Both the position numbers and the translations under genes were made by a program. This document shows, piece after piece, positions 11,201-19,256 of a stretch of DNA of 56,450 nt. This DNA comes from an uncultured virus (IMG/VR IMGVR_UViG_3300005083_000004) (taxonomy: Duplodnaviria; Heunggongvirae; Uroviricota; Caudoviricetes): the IMG/VR virus record IMGVR_UViG_3300005083_000004; one strand, 5' to 3'. The stretch's first letter is position 1, and each line of letters starts with the position of its first letter. The notes under the pieces are model-generated. The model had not been told where the DNA came from. It did not search any database and worked only from the letters and a program-made list of their open reading frames with translations.

Positions 11201-12504
11201 ATAATTTTAATTTCACTTAATGCCTTAAATGATTTAGATTTATCACCACGAATTATAATTTTATCTTGTTTAGCCTTTAATTCTTTATCACGCGCACTAT
11301 CTTCTTCGATAATTTTCTTTACATATTGTCTTATTTTTGGTTTAACAATGTCATTTAATTCATCCATTGTAAATTGATCTTCAGTTGTTTTTATTTCTTC
11401 AGAGTCTTCTTCTATTTCAACTTTTTCTGGATTATTTGATAATGCATCAATAATATCAGTTATATCTTCTTCACTATCTATTTCTTCACTTGTTAGTTCT
11501 TCTTTATCAATTTCTAATTCTTCAGATTGGGTTAAATCATTATCTAATATATCTAAACGTGATAATTTATTATTTTGATTAATTTGTTGATTAACTGAAT
11601 GAATTAATTCATTATCTGAATCATCAAATGTATTTATATATAATGGATCTATTTGTAATATATCATCTTTTCCAACAGATACTTTTTGTGAAACTGTTGT
11701 AGGAACGTAATTATCTGTATCATCAATTTGTTCTTTTTCTTTTTGAATTAATACATCTAAATTTGTTTTCATTAATATAAACAAATTTTGTTTAAATATA
11801 TTCATTAATTTTGAATCAATATTATTCGGATTAAATACATATGATTGATTTTTATCAGCGATAATAATATCAAATGGAAATTGTTTAAATCCATTTTTCT
11901 TATCTTTATTATTAATGATTAAATAATATAAATGAAATAATGGATTAGTCTTTAATCTGCTAATATTAATTTTTCGATCAAATGCATAATCTTCAGCATT
12001 AAATAAATAAATATATTTAGGAGATATATCTCCTTTTAATACTTTATCCTGTTTAGGAGTATTATTAATTAAAAAAGAAATAAAATCTTTATTGATTGCT
12101 CCAAATGAACGATATTGAGCATTATTATTAAAAGCATTCATTACTTCGGTCATATCAACAAAACAACTTTGTTGAGGCAATGATAATTGAACTATTAATT
12201 TATGATCAGCTGCTAACTTTCTTATTGATTTTAAATTCCTAGTATTACGATAAGTACGTCCAAATGCTGAAATTCGTGTTATTGGATGTGAATGTAAATT
12301 CATATACGTATTAGGTGGTAATAATATAGATTTAGTTCTTAATAAATCTAATGATGTTGATAAATCATTTCCTAATAATTCAATGTAACATCCAATCTTT
12401 TGTCTTGGTAAATATATTCCACTTTTATTCAATTTCCTATATTGAATTTTATCATATTGAATTGCTTCAAATATTTCTAATTCTTCGTTATATAGTTCAT
12501 CCAT
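8224..12504 (-). CDS. Phage multisubunit RNA polymerase beta-like subunit (probable virion RNAP)
   Basis: RpoB motifs: ATSPDAGVGVVRQL (ETPEGxNIGL), HDDTTRTAIACKQSGH (HDDANRALM), NYEDG (NFEDS), GDKVVMYSSNKNILG (GDKxxGRHGNKGV), SPLGKRM (PSRM). Long N-terminal extension with an acidic linker; late-type motif upstream. Confidence 0.9.
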   Translation of the reverse strand: MDELYNEELEIFEAIQYDKIQYRKLNKSGIYLPRQKIGCYIELLGNDLSTSLDLLRTKSILLPPNTYMNLHSHPITRISAFGRTYRNTRNLKSIRKLAADHKLIVQLSLPQQSCFVDMTEVMNAFNNNAQYRSFGAINKDFISFLINNTPKQDKVLKGDISPKYIYLFNAEDYAFDRKINISRLKTNPLFHLYYLIINNKDKKNGFKQFPFDIIIADKNQSYVFNPNNIDSKLMNIFKQNLFILMKTNLDVLIQKEKEQIDDTDNYVPTTVSQKVSVGKDDILQIDPLYINTFDDSDNELIHSVNQQINQNNKLSRLDILDNDLTQSEELEIDKEELTSEEIDSEEDITDIIDALSNNPEKVEIEEDSEEIKTTEDQFTMDELNDIVKPKIRQYVKKIIEEDSARDKELKAKQDKIIIRGDKSKSFKALSEIKIIDKEIEISDHSTSQKNINPNLKEGKFENYHSNYIDKYMDTDIINVLKHLNQTDNRFYIENINIIDTSDSLNYIETWEVSIRDNLNHVSVMKFQVPKFIDGKFLFLQGNKKVLMNQNMMLPLSKTGPDVCQMVSNYNKIFVRRYGSRNTIRISKILKLSNNENFKKYFKFGNSTVINIKYISSLEYDEIGKSILMFSNGTLKLFFNRELTQLKKIKEMYNKKLQDNEFIIGKFGDEVVICNSETGKTNLSDTIIELIYNNLSNDAKLFYDSIKEGKQYLYAFATIASKKIPCIFLMGYWEGIESVLNKANIQYRFDNTSKKANNNKNENVIQFQDGFFYYNASEINEMILNALKSVNTKKINFVDLNNKDIYSDLLSLILGSSRVLNILDNFKDFFIDPITREILNELNLPTDLVGLMIEAIKLLNNNSFKSEANDDLYRVRHAEIIPCIIYKQIALQYSTYRNTIGKRKMTVPTDCVVKELLKMTTVEDYSTLNPIGELNKDCNISPKGQSGLNLDEAYNEVKRSYTPSMVGKIASATSPDAGVGVVRQLVYEPAIDNMRGFRKNKNTANKKWKDVNKYSAPELSTPNTITHDDTTRTAIACKQSGHMIPLNNARPALISNGIDENMRFRLSTDYVVNAKYDGRIVEIDNETGMVIAEYKPYGNKKYQIFNIGNQIVKNSGGGFYLDNQLDTPLKKGDTFKKDDVLAYHNKFFTYSTLNGLRFNIGPLLKVALYATSENYEDGNFFTEYASNQMETTIVFKEEYPLDINSNIIMIKNIGDHVKIKEYLIQNDTSHEDASINKLLSKLDQDDQDYLLKSAYQGVMSSHDGELVDIKIYISCDITDCSPSIQKLLNRYKNKIDKKNKLINKYDKSPSPMKSGYFNNENDIKVETKYGKIKGIETPILIEFYIAHKDKPAIGDKVVMYSSNKNILGYILPPNYEPFSESNPDEEISCLCSPSPLGKRMLTSLQITIATNRVLVDLKRKLQEIFES

Positions 12505-12536
12505 TGGTTATTAATCTCCTTATAATTTATAAAATG

Positions 12537-12552
12537 TTATCTGAAAAGTTTT
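12537..12552 (-). promoter_or_regulatory. Putative late promoter AAAAC-N8-TAA
   Basis: AAAACTTTTCAGATAA on the minus strand upstream of the RNAP beta gene. Confidence 0.55.
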
Positions 12553-12591
12553 CTCATCATATTCAAAAAAACACAAAATTATCAAACATGC

Positions 12592-12608
12592 GAGAACTTT
12601 TCAAATAA
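12592..12608 (+). promoter_or_regulatory. Putative late promoter AAC-N8-TAA
   Basis: GAGAACTTTTCAAATAA, an inverted near-copy of the 12537-12555 site (divergent pair). Confidence 0.5.
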
Positions 12609-12634
12609 AATATGTAAATTAGGGGGATATTATA

Positions 12635-13978
12635 ATGTTAGATATAAAAAAAAGCGAACCTACTTCAAGATTTAAAATTGATAATCGCAAAGTTTCTGCA
12701 GTTAATTCAAAACATTGGTCTAATCCAGGTGCATCATTATATGATAAACTTTTAGGGAGTTATATACAAACAGATGAAGAAGCTTTAAAAGAAGCTTATT
12801 TAATTGCCCCTGTTAGTAAAATTAAAAACGATCCACATCATGGAAGAACTCCATATTCTAGAAGTGGATGCAAATATCCTCATCATACTATCAAAGGTGA
12901 TACCTTAGTAGTCGATATTAAAGGTGTTCAAGCCGCATATGCACGAGCAAAACAAACTGGAGATTATGATAAAAATCCAAATATACGTAAACACTTACAA
13001 AAACATTATTCTGAATTAGAATTAGAGAAATCTGAACCAAATAATGAAGCTGTCAAACTTAACGATGATTTAGGAAAGAAATTTCAAATAAATGATAAAG
13101 AAATTTTAAATATACACAATTTATTTGAAACATATATTACTGAACTTCAAATAAATGCGGGCAATCAATCTAATCAGAAAGAAACTAATCAGGCACAACA
13201 AAATCCTCCTACTGAACAAAGTACTGCTGCTGATAATCAAACAGCTAAACCAACAGAATCATTAGATCAACCAGTAAACCCTGAACCTGTTGAAGATCAT
13301 AATAATAATCCTGTTGAAGGATTTGATAATCGACAAGAAAAAGATGGTAATGCAAGAAAAGCATTATATGAAGAATTTGTAAATAAACTTAAAGAAATCG
13401 TACCAAATACAACTTTTGGGACAATATTTGATAAAGATGCATTTAAAACAGAATTTAAAATTATCCCATATGAATTAAGATATTTTTATAGATTAGCTAA
13501 TCCTATTATGGTTGAAATTGATACATTTAAATTTATTCCATATGGTAAAGAATTACTTGATGCTCAATCTAAATATGGATTAGGAAAAAAATTATTTGTA
13601 TTTGCAACAGATAGTGATCGTCCAGTATTTTTTAATCAACTGGATAAAACAGTTTGGAATAATGAAATTAAAATAAGTGATTCATTTGATGCATTTATTG
13701 AAGTATTTAAAGATAATGGCAGTTTACCTGAAATAGAAGATCAAATCCCAGAAGAAAATGTAGATAATTCTGAAATAGAAGAAAATCCAGATCAATCCAC
13801 ACCTGAAGAAAACGCAACACAATTAGAAATTACAGATAATGCAAATGTTAAACAAGAAGCTGCATTTGGAAAATTTCCAACTAATAAAAAGAAGAAGAAG
13901 ATAAAAGAACCTAAATTATTTACTGAAGATGAATTTTATGAAATTTGGTATACAACATTGAATGACATGTTTGATTAA
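12635..13978 (+). CDS. Putative head-associated protein with a SUKH (SMI1/KNR4)-like domain
   Basis: 447 aa. N-domain KYPHH...LVV...GVQAAY...HLQKHY; Q/N/P linker; IPYELRYFY..N...FVFATD...VW...ISDSFDAFIE resembles SUKH; acidic tail. Confidence 0.5.
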   Translation: MLDIKKSEPTSRFKIDNRKVSAVNSKHWSNPGASLYDKLLGSYIQTDEEALKEAYLIAPVSKIKNDPHHGRTPYSRSGCKYPHHTIKGDTLVVDIKGVQAAYARAKQTGDYDKNPNIRKHLQKHYSELELEKSEPNNEAVKLNDDLGKKFQINDKEILNIHNLFETYITELQINAGNQSNQKETNQAQQNPPTEQSTAADNQTAKPTESLDQPVNPEPVEDHNNNPVEGFDNRQEKDGNARKALYEEFVNKLKEIVPNTTFGTIFDKDAFKTEFKIIPYELRYFYRLANPIMVEIDTFKFIPYGKELLDAQSKYGLGKKLFVFATDSDRPVFFNQLDKTVWNNEIKISDSFDAFIEVFKDNGSLPEIEDQIPEENVDNSEIEENPDQSTPEENATQLEITDNANVKQEAAFGKFPTNKKKKKIKEPKLFTEDEFYEIWYTTLNDMFD

Positions 13979-14004
13979 AAAAAATATATAAATATTAGAA
14001 ATGT

Positions 14005-14038
14005 AAAAAAAGAAGGAGAATTATCTCCTTCCTTTTTT
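14005..14038. terminator. Bidirectional intrinsic terminator
   Basis: A run-GAAGGAGA-atta-TCTCCTTC-T run between convergent genes. Confidence 0.8.
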
Positions 14039-14043
14039 AAAGA

Positions 14044-14532
14044 TTAATTGAATATTCCCATAGGGTTCTTATCAATATTTGGTAAGTTATTTTTATCATT
14101 TTCATTTTGAATAACTTCATATAATTTTATGAAATTATTGATCGCTTTTTTAGTATCTAACATCATAGTTGCATCTTTTGATTTTATTCCATATACAGAT
14201 AACGGAATAAATGATCCTTCAATTATTTCCTTGGCAGCTTTTAAAGTATTCAGATTTTCAACAGTCAAATCAATATTCAATCGTTGATTGCACGCTTTAC
14301 ATATATAGATACCATTTTTTGCATTTGGCTCTTTTACACTCATAGCTCGAATAACTGGTGTCAATATTTTTTTATTATTTACATAAACATGAGCCCAATG
14401 AATACATATTTTCTTTACTCTTTTCTTTTTCTTAACCTCGATTATTGAATCATCAACATTTAATTTTGACGATACAAAATTAATCGCATCTCTAAAGACA
14501 TCGGGGAAATTTTTAATTAATTTATTTTTCAT
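14044..14532 (-). CDS. Hypothetical basic protein with putative Zn site (CxH...CxxC), last gene of the tubulin operon
   Basis: 162 aa; CIHW and CKAC; overlaps the upstream gene by 11 nt. Confidence 0.65.
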   Translation of the reverse strand: MKNKLIKNFPDVFRDAINFVSSKLNVDDSIIEVKKKKRVKKICIHWAHVYVNNKKILTPVIRAMSVKEPNAKNGIYICKACNQRLNIDLTVENLNTLKAAKEIIEGSFIPLSVYGIKSKDATMMLDTKKAINNFIKLYEVIQNENDKNNLPNIDKNPMGIFN

Positions 14533-15355
14533 TTTGTTTTCCTTCCAATATATTTGATGTGTTAGGATTTAATACTGAATCTACGCATGATTTAATTCGA
14601 TCGAAGTCGTTTGATATTGTGATTAGATTAATCCAACCTACATGACTGTCATCCTTATTCGATATTTTTATATAATTATATAAAATATCTTTAATAACAT
14701 TTTTCTTTTGATCACTTAGTGTGGAAAGTACAAATAATGAAATATCTTCCTTTAAAGATGAAGATAATTTATTCATTATTTTACCATTTATATTTAATAA
14801 TATATTAGCAATTTTTAATCTACTATCTTTTTTATGTTTAGTATTTCTAAGAATAGAATCAATCATATTATCAAAATTAAAAACTTCATCTTTATTTAAT
14901 TTTGATAATTCTTTCATTAATGCAATAATAACATATTTATGAATTAATATTTTATCTGTTTTTGGGAATAACATATTAAATTGATTTTTATTTGGTAATA
15001 ATGAGAAAATTTTATATCCATTGTTATAGATTTGATCTAGAATATCGTCATCAATTTTATATTCCATAAATAATGTTAATATAAAGAAATGTGGAAAATG
15101 TTTCCTAATCAATTTTTTATCATTTTTTATCTTCTTTATAAGATTTTTGATCTTTTCAAAATTTTTATTTTTAATTTCAATCCTTACATTCATATCTGAA
15201 ATTAAAAATATAATTTCTTCAAGTGTCTCACATACTATCTTTTTATATTCTTTCTTTGAAACTTGATTTCTTTTTGGAATATCACTTAATAGAATTTTGA
15301 TCTCTTGATTAATTTTTATTAATGTCTTTTTTTGTTTTTTAGTTTTTTTAACCAT
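14522..15355 (-). CDS. Hypothetical Lys-rich helical protein (tubulin operon)
   Basis: 277 aa, GGAGG SD, very basic. Confidence 0.7.
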   Translation of the reverse strand: MVKKTKKQKKTLIKINQEIKILLSDIPKRNQVSKKEYKKIVCETLEEIIFLISDMNVRIEIKNKNFEKIKNLIKKIKNDKKLIRKHFPHFFILTLFMEYKIDDDILDQIYNNGYKIFSLLPNKNQFNMLFPKTDKILIHKYVIIALMKELSKLNKDEVFNFDNMIDSILRNTKHKKDSRLKIANILLNINGKIMNKLSSSLKEDISLFVLSTLSDQKKNVIKDILYNYIKISNKDDSHVGWINLITISNDFDRIKSCVDSVLNPNTSNILEGKQNEK

Positions 15356-15413
15356 TTTTAAAAATAACCCTCCGTAATTAATTATTCTTTAAATTATGAG
15401 ATTTATGGTAAAC

Positions 15414-16079
15414 TTATTTCCATTTACTATCATATCTATTTGATTTTTCTTCTTTATGATATTCATGTTTATTTTTATTTTTCCTATGATCTCGAATAAA
15501 CTCGTCATCTTTATCGAGTTTATCTAATCTTTTGATATATTCATTGATAAGTCCATCTTCCACATTTGGTTCATTATCAACTATTTTGATGTTTGTATCA
15601 TTTTTTACATCAATTATATCAATTACTTCTTCTATTGATTCTTCTTCATCTAGTGGAACAGGATCATTATCAGTATTTTCATCTTCTTCATATTCTTCAT
15701 CTTCAGTTTTTGTATCATCTTCTTCATATTCTATTAATTCTTCTATATCAGTTACACGTTGCTTTAGTTCTTCAATCTGTTTTTTAATGACTATTAGATC
15801 ATTTTTAAGAGTATTATTAATTTTTTCTACTTTATCTCTACACATTTCGTCAAATTTATTATATTGCCATTTTATCAATTGATCTTTGATTTGATCCATT
15901 ATCTCCTTTTTTAAATTAATAATATCTTTTTCTGTTAATGGTACTGGAATCTGTGTAGCAGGTATAGTTAATTCACCAATTGATTCATCGATTGGTGAAT
16001 TAGATTGATAATCGTCTACTTGATTATCAATTTCTATATTCACATTATTTCTATTTAGGTTTCGACGATATTTTGCCAT
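15414..16079 (-). CDS. Hypothetical coiled-coil protein with an acidic tract (tubulin operon)
   Basis: 221 aa; heptads IKKQIEELKQRVTDIEE, D/E-rich segment, basic termini; AGGAG SD. Confidence 0.7.
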   Translation of the reverse strand: MAKYRRNLNRNNVNIEIDNQVDDYQSNSPIDESIGELTIPATQIPVPLTEKDIINLKKEIMDQIKDQLIKWQYNKFDEMCRDKVEKINNTLKNDLIVIKKQIEELKQRVTDIEELIEYEEDDTKTEDEEYEEDENTDNDPVPLDEEESIEEVIDIIDVKNDTNIKIVDNEPNVEDGLINEYIKRLDKLDKDDEFIRDHRKNKNKHEYHKEEKSNRYDSKWK

Positions 16080-16101
16080 AACATTTATCTCCTAATTTGG
16101 T

Positions 16102-17244
16102 TTATTGGAATTTATTGAATAAATCATCTAATGATAAATCTGGACTTTCATCTTCAAGTTTTCTAATTTTTTCATCATTCAATTTGATTTTTTCGACATC
16201 GAATACAATTTTATCCTGTGATTTAACTCTAGATAATCTTTCATCTAACTCTTTTTGAATTTTTTGAATTCGATCTTTAATAGGAGATATTCCTGTACAT
16301 AAAATTGTGATTGTGTTATTAGTATCATCTGTTTTATTTGTAGCAATATTATAATATGCACAAGCTGGCTCTCCTAAATATGATCTAATTTTAGGTAGAT
16401 CCAGATTTAAATATTTATTTGAATCTGGATCTAAATAGCTCATTACAGCAATTGAGTGAATTATATTATCTCTATCAATTTCAACATGCATTGATCTTTT
16501 TTCGGCTTGAATTAATCTATCTTCGATGTCTTTAAGTTCAATTTGTTTTTCGTTAATGCCTTTTATTGTGAATATATTTAATCTTCCTGGAACAATTGAA
16601 ACCCATAAATCTTCATCATCCATATTGTGATGATCTGCTTCATAAATTGCTTTTCGTAAAAAGATATTATTAATATCTTCTACAATAGCATTATTAATTT
16701 CCAATATTGATTTATTTGGATCTGGATTTTCTCCATTATTATTGTCATATAACATATATATTACATTATCACCTGATCGTTGATATAACTCTTCAAGATA
16801 ACTCAATGTATTATTTAAACGATTATTCATTTCATTGATGCGTGGTAATACTCCAACTAAAATAAACTTTCCATCATATTTTTGGATTCCACCATTCAAT
16901 GCAGTATATATCATTGGCGCAATTCCTGATCCTGTGCCACCTGCGGTACTACTAATAATAAAATTATATTTTGTTGATCCTAGCATATCAGTAAATGTTT
17001 CATCCTTAAGAATATATTTAATATCATCTTTTAATGCTTTTTTAGCAGTACCCCTAACACCTCCTGATCCTCCATTACTGCCAATTAGAAATGATAATGT
17101 ATCTTTTGATTTTAAAAGATTCAAATCTTTTTCTGCAGTATTAATATAAATAGCATTTACATGTAATGGATCTGAGTCAAATATTTGTTTAGCAATTGTT
17201 CCTCCTGCTAAACCAATTCCGATAACTGAGATTAACTTTTCCAT
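16102..17244 (-). CDS. phuZ: Tubulin/FtsZ-family GTPase (PhuZ/TubZ-like)
   Basis: GIGLAGG, YINTAEKDL, GGSGG, signature TAGGTGSG, GVLP..E, LYDN, MDDEDL (T7 loop); C-terminal coiled coil ending LDDLFNKFQ. Confidence 0.9.
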   Translation of the reverse strand: MEKLISVIGIGLAGGTIAKQIFDSDPLHVNAIYINTAEKDLNLLKSKDTLSFLIGSNGGSGGVRGTAKKALKDDIKYILKDETFTDMLGSTKYNFIISSTAGGTGSGIAPMIYTALNGGIQKYDGKFILVGVLPRINEMNNRLNNTLSYLEELYQRSGDNVIYMLYDNNNGENPDPNKSILEINNAIVEDINNIFLRKAIYEADHHNMDDEDLWVSIVPGRLNIFTIKGINEKQIELKDIEDRLIQAEKRSMHVEIDRDNIIHSIAVMSYLDPDSNKYLNLDLPKIRSYLGEPACAYYNIATNKTDDTNNTITILCTGISPIKDRIQKIQKELDERLSRVKSQDKIVFDVEKIKLNDEKIRKLEDESPDLSLDDLFNKFQ

Positions 17245-17246
17245 AT

Positions 17247-17522
17247 TTAACCCTCCTTAACGATAACAATATTTAAATTTTTAACATTGTGAATGATAAA
17301 GAAATCTTTTATTGCTTCTAATTGTTTTTCACTTAAATCAAAATTATCATTGATATATAAATTTACCGTTTCTGGTAAATCTATATCACCAACAAATTTA
17401 ATATCTTTAATATCTGAAATATCTAATTCAATGTCAGCAATAATATCTTCTGGAATTGAACCAATAAAAATATTTGATCCGATTTCTGGAGCATTCTTAA
17501 ATTCGTAATATAGTACTTGCAT
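17247..17522 (-). CDS. Small acidic hypothetical protein, first gene of the tubulin operon
   Basis: 91 aa with AAGGAGG SD; its 3' end carries the SD of the tubulin gene (2-nt gap). Confidence 0.7.
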   Translation of the reverse strand: MQVLYYEFKNAPEIGSNIFIGSIPEDIIADIELDISDIKDIKFVGDIDLPETVNLYINDNFDLSEKQLEAIKDFFIIHNVKNLNIVIVKEG

Positions 17523-17563
17523 TTTGATTAACCCTCCTTAAAATTTTATTTATACTCACGATT

Positions 17564-17573
17564 ATAATATATA
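17564..17573 (-). promoter_or_regulatory. Putative early promoter motif TATATATTAT
   Basis: AATTATATATTATAAT upstream of the tubulin operon. Confidence 0.55.
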
Positions 17574-17583
17574 ATTATTTTTT

Positions 17584-18192
17584 TTAATGTTTATTATTTT
17601 TTTTAATTTTATGAAATAATGATTTGGATATATCCCAAATATTTTTATCCATATATTCAAATGTTATCTCAATTCTTGGTTTAATAGAATAATATTTATT
17701 AGCAGTTAATGATATGATAATATTATCATTTGACAATAATCCATGTTGAACTTCATCTAGAATAGATTTAATATAATTATCTAAATCTTTAACTGATAAA
17801 TTTGGTAATAATTTTAATTCACACATTAATGTCTCATTTATATTATAAGATGATGGTGTTTTCGCATAAAAATCAACATTAACTTTGCATGGAGTATTAA
17901 TAATAGGATTATCAATAGTCTTTAATAAGTCTTCAAAGAATTTCCCATTTTCAGCCGCATGAGGAACATACACTCTTCCAGCCATTGTAAATCTAGGTCG
18001 ACTACAAGGAATTGGTTCTTGATATAATATTAATGAATATATCTTCCAATCAATTTTACGATTTAATTTATCCATCGTTTTCATTAAATTGAGATCCAAT
18101 TCTTTTCCTTTAAGAATATATCTAATCCTATTATTTAAATCATTTGGAATTTTTGAATATTGACGATTATATTCATTTGATAATTTGTTCAT
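17584..18192 (-). CDS. rusA: RusA-like Holliday junction resolvase
   Basis: PIPCSRPRF, KDLDNYIKSILD, NDNIIISLTANKYYS.KPRIEI match RusA. Confidence 0.8.
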   Translation of the reverse strand: MNKLSNEYNRQYSKIPNDLNNRIRYILKGKELDLNLMKTMDKLNRKIDWKIYSLILYQEPIPCSRPRFTMAGRVYVPHAAENGKFFEDLLKTIDNPIINTPCKVNVDFYAKTPSSYNINETLMCELKLLPNLSVKDLDNYIKSILDEVQHGLLSNDNIIISLTANKYYSIKPRIEITFEYMDKNIWDISKSLFHKIKKNNKH

Positions 18193-18205
18193 ATGTTTTT
18201 TTGTC

Positions 18206-18568
18206 CTATGATTTCAAAAATAGTTCTTGATGTGGAAGTGATTTGGCAAATTCCTCAAAATGTTTATATTTTTTAAAAGGAATTCGCCGAGCATATTCAC
18301 GACATACTGCCTGGCTTATCATATCAGAATCATAAAGTAGTCCAAGATTAAGTGATTTCATAATTAGCATATCCTTAATCTCTTGATAATTTGTATCCCA
18401 ATATTCAACATTTCGTTTATCATAAGATACTTCAACATGGATATTATTTTCACTATCAATTTTATATTTAGTCTCACAATTTCTGTATAGAAAAGTTTTT
18501 TTGATAGAATTAATGAATTTTAGTAAATCTTCAAAGTAATAATCCATTAATTCATTAAAGGTAATCAT
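18206..18568 (-). CDS. Hypothetical protein
   Basis: 120 aa, GGAGG SD, ATGA overlap with the upstream gene. Confidence 0.65.
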   Translation of the reverse strand: MITFNELMDYYFEDLLKFINSIKKTFLYRNCETKYKIDSENNIHVEVSYDKRNVEYWDTNYQEIKDMLIMKSLNLGLLYDSDMISQAVCREYARRIPFKKYKHFEEFAKSLPHQELFLKS

Positions 18569-19143
18569 AATTTACCTCCAATTTTAGTTATATTTGGTTT
18601 TCCAATATAATTATATCCTCTTTCTAACCAGTCTGAATATAATATTAAAGCATATTTTAAATTAATTAATAATGGAATTGTTTTATTTAATAACATGAAA
18701 AATGTTACTTTTTCACCAAGATAATTAAACGGATTTTTTGATTCATAATAACTTACAACTTTTTGAATTTCTTCGAGACATTGATCCATTTCAGTAAATG
18801 GAGATCCAAGACCATTTAATATACTATATCTATTCATATATTGAGATTTTTCAATTTTTTTAAAAACCTCATTATCTATAATTAATGCTTTTAAAGCATT
18901 TTTAATACTATCAATATCAATTGATATTGGAACTTCAAATTCTCTTCTAGTGCCTGTTGCCATATATGTTCCAGCGCCATGAGAGTGAACAGTTCCCCCA
19001 CTATTAGCAGACATTCCAATTACAGTGAGATCATCTATTATATCAGTTAAACGATAACTCATTTGAGTAGTTAATACATTTCTATATACATTAATGCAAT
19101 TATTAACATTCGTTAAAACACCTTCAACATTAGATCCATACAT
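18565..19143 (-). CDS. Hypothetical protein
   Basis: 192 aa, GGAGGAG SD. Confidence 0.7.
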   Translation of the reverse strand: MYGSNVEGVLTNVNNCINVYRNVLTTQMSYRLTDIIDDLTVIGMSANSGGTVHSHGAGTYMATGTRREFEVPISIDIDSIKNALKALIIDNEVFKKIEKSQYMNRYSILNGLGSPFTEMDQCLEEIQKVVSYYESKNPFNYLGEKVTFFMLLNKTIPLLINLKYALILYSDWLERGYNYIGKPNITKIGGKL

Positions 19144-19207
19144 ATAAACTCCTCCACGATTGGTAAAAATATTAGATATATTGTAATACTATATCAAATA
19201 TTTTATT

Positions 19208-19217
19208 TATATATTAT
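19208..19217 (+). promoter_or_regulatory. Putative early promoter motif TATATATTAT
   Basis: Upstream of the DNA polymerase gene. Confidence 0.55.
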
Positions 19218-19256
19218 AACTATGAAATTTAATAATATAATAAGGAGATAAAATTA

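Noticed and set aside
14044..17522. Chimallin (phage nucleus shell) gene or tubC-like iteron centromere near the tubulin
   Set aside because: No ORF could be recognised as chimallin and no iteron array lies upstream of the operon, so nucleus formation cannot be claimed from this window.
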